Shown: positions 60,215 to 64,000 of the stretch, piece by piece
Layout of the letters: each line of letters starts with the position of its first letter
Position numbering within the stretch: position 1 is the stretch's first letter
NCBI GenBank assembly: GCA_026225415.1
Contig: JAMFSS010000010.1
Span: 1,338 to 65,337 of the forward strand
Length of the DNA: 64,000 nt
Direction: 5' to 3'
Origin: Alphaproteobacteria bacterium
GTDB lineage: Bacteria > Pseudomonadota > Alphaproteobacteria > UBA9219
Notes under the pieces: generated by a model
The model's database searches: none
What the model saw: only the letters and a program-made list of their open reading frames with translations
What the model was told of the DNA's origin: nothing
Program-made: the position numbers and the translations under genes

Positions 60215-62636
60215 AAAACTTGTCCTCGCTTTCCTGTTTTCCGGCCTGTCCCTGCCCGCCTTCGCCGCGGTCGCCGTCGATCATGAACAGCTTATTGCCG
60301 GAACCGGTTGCCCCGCCACCGGGCAAAATGCCGGCGATTGGGATGCCTTCGCCGAATGTCCCAGCGCCAGCGGCACCTGGGCGCGCGGCCCTTTGTTTGT
60401 CGGCAGCACATCCGACAGCTGCGACAGCAGCCATGCCGGCATGGTGCAGTGGACGGGCAGCCTTATAGAATATTGCAATGGCGGCGCCTGGGTTTCCTAT
60501 GGCAGCAGCGGCGCCAGCGTCGCCTTGTCGGGCTTAACGGCGGCGACCGCAGGCCTGACCATCGATAACGGAACAACGGGCGCCTATCCGCAAACCTGGA
60601 CATGGAACAGCCTGACCACGCAAAACGCCTTCACCCTGTCATCGACATCGATGACCAGCGGATCGATACTCGCGGTAACGGGCGCCAATACCGCCCTTAC
60701 CGGCAATGTCCTGAATGTCACCACCGCCAGCACCGGAAAGGCGTCGGCCATCAACGCAACCGTCAGCGGCGCCAGCAATACAGGCAGCGCCGGTTATTTC
60801 ACCAATGCCAGCACGTCGGGCTACAGCATCTATGCGCCCGGCACATCACCGAATTATTTTGGCGGCAATGTCACCATCGCCAGCGGCAAGACTTATCAGA
60901 TCGGTGGCAATATCGTTTTCTCAGACCCCAAAAGCGATACAAACAGCGTCGCAGCAGGTTTGGGCGCGGGCATTTCGCAAACCGGAAGCAGTTCGGACAC
61001 TTATGCGGGATATAACGCGGGCACATCGGTGACCACGGCATCAAACGTCGTTGCCATCGGCGCCAATTCGCTTCACAGCCTTGTCTCTGGCGCTAATTGC
61101 GTGGCCATCGGCGCATCCGCTTTTTATTCCGATGCGAGCACATGTCCCATTACCGGTTTGGGTTATCAGGCCGGCTATTATGTGGTGGCCGCCGACAATA
61201 CGGCGATGGGCTATCAGGCGATGAAGAGCGTCAGCGGATCGGGCGTGTCGGTAACAACAGATACGGCGGTGGGCAATTCCGCCTATTTTGCAGCCAATAC
61301 CACCGCCGCCAATAACACCGCCGTCGGCTATAAAAGCCTTTATTCCACGACCAGTGCGACTCCTATAGATACCACCGCCGTGGGGGATCAGGCGCTTAAT
61401 GGCGTGACCACCGGCTCCCTCAATTCCGCCCTGGGCTATCAAGCGGGGCTGCATATCACGACGGGCGGCAATAATCTTATGATAGGTTATCAGGCCATGC
61501 AGGGCAGCGCGGGATCCCCTCTCACAGGAACGGCAAATGTCGCTGTCGGCTATCAGGCTCTTTTTTCCGGGCAAGCGGGGTTAGCGAACTCGACCGCTGT
61601 CGGCTATCAGGCGGCTTATTCGGATACGAATTTCAGCGACCAGGCCGCCATGGGTTATCAGGCGCTTTACTCGAACAACGGCGTTACTTTCAATTCCGCC
61701 TTCGGCTATCAGGCGCTTTATAATTCAACGGCATCCGGCAGCACCGACGAAGCCTTTGGTTATCAGGCCGCCTATAATGTCACGACGGCCGCCAATAACG
61801 AGGCCTTTGGTTATCAGGCCCTGATGGGCAGCAGCACTTCGACGCCGCCGGCTTCGCAGAATATTGCCATCGGCTATCAGGCGCTGGCCTCGGATCAGGC
61901 GCAGGGAAACACCGCCGTAGGTTATCAGGCCGGCTATGCGGGCACAGCCAACACAAACGGCTCTAATAACACTTTCATCGGTTATCAGGCGCAGGCCAAT
62001 GGGGCGGGCTACACCAACGGCACCGCCATCGGCAGCAGCGCCATTTTGACCGCATCGAATTCGATCGTTTTAGGCAATTCCTCCATCACGAAGATATACA
62101 GTGAGGTCACATCCATCACCGCCATTTCCGACCGGCGTTTAAAAACAGGCATTAGCGATTTATCCGACGATCTCGGCCTGACATTCATCGACAAACTCCG
62201 CCCTGTCTCCTATCGCTTCAAGGATGGCGACGAGACGCAACGTCACGGTATTATCGCGCAGGAGCTGGAACAGGCTTTGCCGCAGCCCTTGCAAAATACC
62301 GTCGAGACAGCGCAACATGAGCACGGGCTCGCGCTTATCGAACGGCAGAATGATAAAGACCGCACCTATCGCGTCGCCTATGGCGAATTGATAGCCCCCC
62401 TTGTCAAGGCTGTGCAAACGCAACAAACGCAGATAGCGGCCAACCATGACGCGATCGCGCATCTGGCGTCCCCCGACACGGCGCGCGCCGATGAAATCCG
62501 GGATATAGAAACGCGCCTTCATAGTCTGCGCCTGCATCTGTTGCTCTTCCCCCTCCTTGCGGGCGGCATCAGCCTGTGCCTCGGTTTTTTTCTGGCCCAT
62601 CGCAAAAAAAGGGTTCAGGAAAAGGTGGGCCTATGA
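60207..62636 (+). CDS. Secreted fibre/adhesin-like protein with Peptidase_S74 chaperone and C-terminal TM anchor (copy 2)
   Basis: Same architecture; many AxGYQA repeats; ISDRRLKTGI..GIIAQE; LLLFPLLAGGISLCLGFFL-AHRKKR; start overlaps the copy 1 stop. Confidence 0.85.
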   Translation: MNKKLVLAFLFSGLSLPAFAAVAVDHEQLIAGTGCPATGQNAGDWDAFAECPSASGTWARGPLFVGSTSDSCDSSHAGMVQWTGSLIEYCNGGAWVSYGSSGASVALSGLTAATAGLTIDNGTTGAYPQTWTWNSLTTQNAFTLSSTSMTSGSILAVTGANTALTGNVLNVTTASTGKASAINATVSGASNTGSAGYFTNASTSGYSIYAPGTSPNYFGGNVTIASGKTYQIGGNIVFSDPKSDTNSVAAGLGAGISQTGSSSDTYAGYNAGTSVTTASNVVAIGANSLHSLVSGANCVAIGASAFYSDASTCPITGLGYQAGYYVVAADNTAMGYQAMKSVSGSGVSVTTDTAVGNSAYFAANTTAANNTAVGYKSLYSTTSATPIDTTAVGDQALNGVTTGSLNSALGYQAGLHITTGGNNLMIGYQAMQGSAGSPLTGTANVAVGYQALFSGQAGLANSTAVGYQAAYSDTNFSDQAAMGYQALYSNNGVTFNSAFGYQALYNSTASGSTDEAFGYQAAYNVTTAANNEAFGYQALMGSSTSTPPASQNIAIGYQALASDQAQGNTAVGYQAGYAGTANTNGSNNTFIGYQAQANGAGYTNGTAIGSSAILTASNSIVLGNSSITKIYSEVTSITAISDRRLKTGISDLSDDLGLTFIDKLRPVSYRFKDGDETQRHGIIAQELEQALPQPLQNTVETAQHEHGLALIERQNDKDRTYRVAYGELIAPLVKAVQTQQTQIAANHDAIAHLASPDTARADEIRDIETRLHSLRLHLLLFPLLAGGISLCLGFFLAHRKKRVQEKVGL

Positions 62637-64000
62637 AAAAAAATCGCCTCTCCGCCCTCGTTTTTGCGCTTGCCCTTTGCGGTTCGTTCCTGCCCAGCGC
62701 CGCCAACGCCCTTGTCGCGGTCGATCATGAACAGCTTGTCGCCGGAACCGGTTGCCCCACCCTTGGGCAAAGCGCCGCCGATTGGGACACATTCGCCCAA
62801 TGCCCCAGCACCAGCGGCACCTGGGCGCGCGGCCCCGCTTTTCTGGGCGCGACCAGCGACACCTGCGACGCCAACCATGCCGGTATGCTACAATTTAACG
62901 GGGGTCTGCTTTATTGCAGCGGCTCCGCCTGGGTCACGCTTGGCGGTGGCGGCACAGAAGCGCTCTCCAGCCTCACGGCCTCCCTCGCCAATAACAGCAT
63001 CGACAGCGCCAATTTCGCCCAGACATGGACATGGAATACGCTATCGACCGGAACCGCGCTAACTTTGACATCCTCCACTGACACAAGCGGAACCGTCTTC
63101 ACGCTTTCCAACACTAACGGATCGGGAACCGGCGCGGTTTTGAAAATCAGCACCACCAGCACCGGCGCCGCCAACGCCATTCAGGGCGCGGTGTCGGGCA
63201 TCAGCAACACGGGCACCGCCGGTTATTTCTCCAATTCCAGCCCGACAGGCTGGGGCATTTATGCGTCGGGCACTTCGCCAAATTCCTTCGCCGGCATTAT
63301 CAATGTCGCGCTGGGTTACGGCTATCAGGTCAATGGCGGCAATGTCCTGACGCTTCCCGACAGCGACACCACCAGCCTCGCGATGGGCAGCAGCGCCCTG
63401 GCCGCGCAATCCGCCACAAGTTTGAACAATACGGCGCTTGGCAATGCGGCGCTTTTTTCCGCGACCAACATTTCCAACAACACAGCCGCCGGTTATCAGG
63501 CTGCCTATTCCCTCAACGCCAACGGCAATACGACCGCCGTCGGCGCGCAGGCTTTATACAGCGCGACGGCGGGCCCCAATGACGCCTTCGGCTATCAGGC
63601 CGCCATGTATGTGGGCAGCGGCATCAACAATGCCGCGTTTGGCGCGCAGGCCATGCTGGGCGTCAGCGGCAATCTGGTGACCGGCAATGAAAACACCGCC
63701 GCGGGCTATCAGTCGCTTTATGCCATTCAGGGCGCGGCGACCGGCAACACGGCGGTAGGGGCGCAAGCGCTTTACAGCTCGACCACCGGAAGTTACAGCA
63801 CCGCCGTCGGCGCGCAGGCTTTATACAACGCCACCGCAAGCCCCAACGACGCTTTTGGCTATCGCTCGGGCTATATGATCACGACAGGTACCGCGAATGT
63901 CGGCGCCGGCGCCTTTAGCGTGGGCGGCACCAGCGCATCCAATCTGACCGGCAACGGCAATACCGGCATCGGTTATGCGGCGCTTGCCAATGTCAGCGGC
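62633..64000 (+). CDS. Third fibre/adhesin-like paralog, runs off the window end (absent from the ORF track)
   Basis: ATG 62633 (ATGA overlap with copy 2): MKKNRLSALVFALALCGSFLPSAANALVAVDHEQLVAGTGCPTLGQSAADWDTFAQCPSTSGTWARGP..., followed by NTAxG repeats. Confidence 0.85.
   Translation, partial: MKKNRLSALVFALALCGSFLPSAANALVAVDHEQLVAGTGCPTLGQSAADWDTFAQCPSTSGTWARGPAFLGATSDTCDANHAGMLQFNGGLLYCSGSAWVTLGGGGTEALSSLTASLANNSIDSANFAQTWTWNTLSTGTALTLTSSTDTSGTVFTLSNTNGSGTGAVLKISTTSTGAANAIQGAVSGISNTGTAGYFSNSSPTGWGIYASGTSPNSFAGIINVALGYGYQVNGGNVLTLPDSDTTSLAMGSSALAAQSATSLNNTALGNAALFSATNISNNTAAGYQAAYSLNANGNTTAVGAQALYSATAGPNDAFGYQAAMYVGSGINNAAFGAQAMLGVSGNLVTGNENTAAGYQSLYAIQGAATGNTAVGAQALYSSTTGSYSTAVGAQALYNATASPNDAFGYRSGYMITTGTANVGAGAFSVGGTSASNLTGNGNTGIGYAALANVSG

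Noticed and set aside
61380-62000. Recurrent GGCTATCAGGC/GGTTATCAGGC as a DNA repeat, DGR or shufflon site
   Set aside because: Explained by the protein repeat GYQA; no reverse transcriptase, recombinase or inverted cassettes seen
57821-64000. Prophage tail-fibre module
   Set aside because: The proteins have signal peptides (and TM tails where complete), and no capsid, terminase, baseplate or integrase genes occur in the window

Overview
Chromosomal segment of an alphaproteobacterium, judged from the ahcY-divL-tsaE, fliL-fliM, secB/Tim44 and irr-rubrerythrin gene context and from CtrA-, RpoH- and Irr-type sites. It is mostly housekeeping: atpHA, RsmB-family methyltransferase, ald, an mdtBC-type RND pump, accA, rdgB, TadE/TadE/TadG, thyX, M17 aminopeptidase, clpB, rpiB, hisA, ahcY, and DjlA/amidase. 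Small orphan genes are interspersed. The strongest candidate for an undescribed system is at the right end. It is a translationally coupled array of at least three signal-peptide-bearing fibre/adhesin-like proteins. The two complete copies end in a Peptidase_S74 autocleaving chaperone followed by a transmembrane anchor, a MYRF-like 'fold, self-cleave, release from membrane' topology. Other notable items: a short-form HisG fused to a TrpR/YerC-like domain behind a promoter overlapped by a palindromic operator; a membrane-spanning protein with a degenerate thermonuclease domain; a HEPN-like protein lacking its catalytic His; a family of purine/pyrimidine hairpin intergenic elements; a REP-flanked candidate structured ncRNA; and a REP-truncated PAP2 paralog. 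No tRNA, rRNA, CRISPR array or transposase was recognised. All family assignments come from motif recognition by eye, not database searches.
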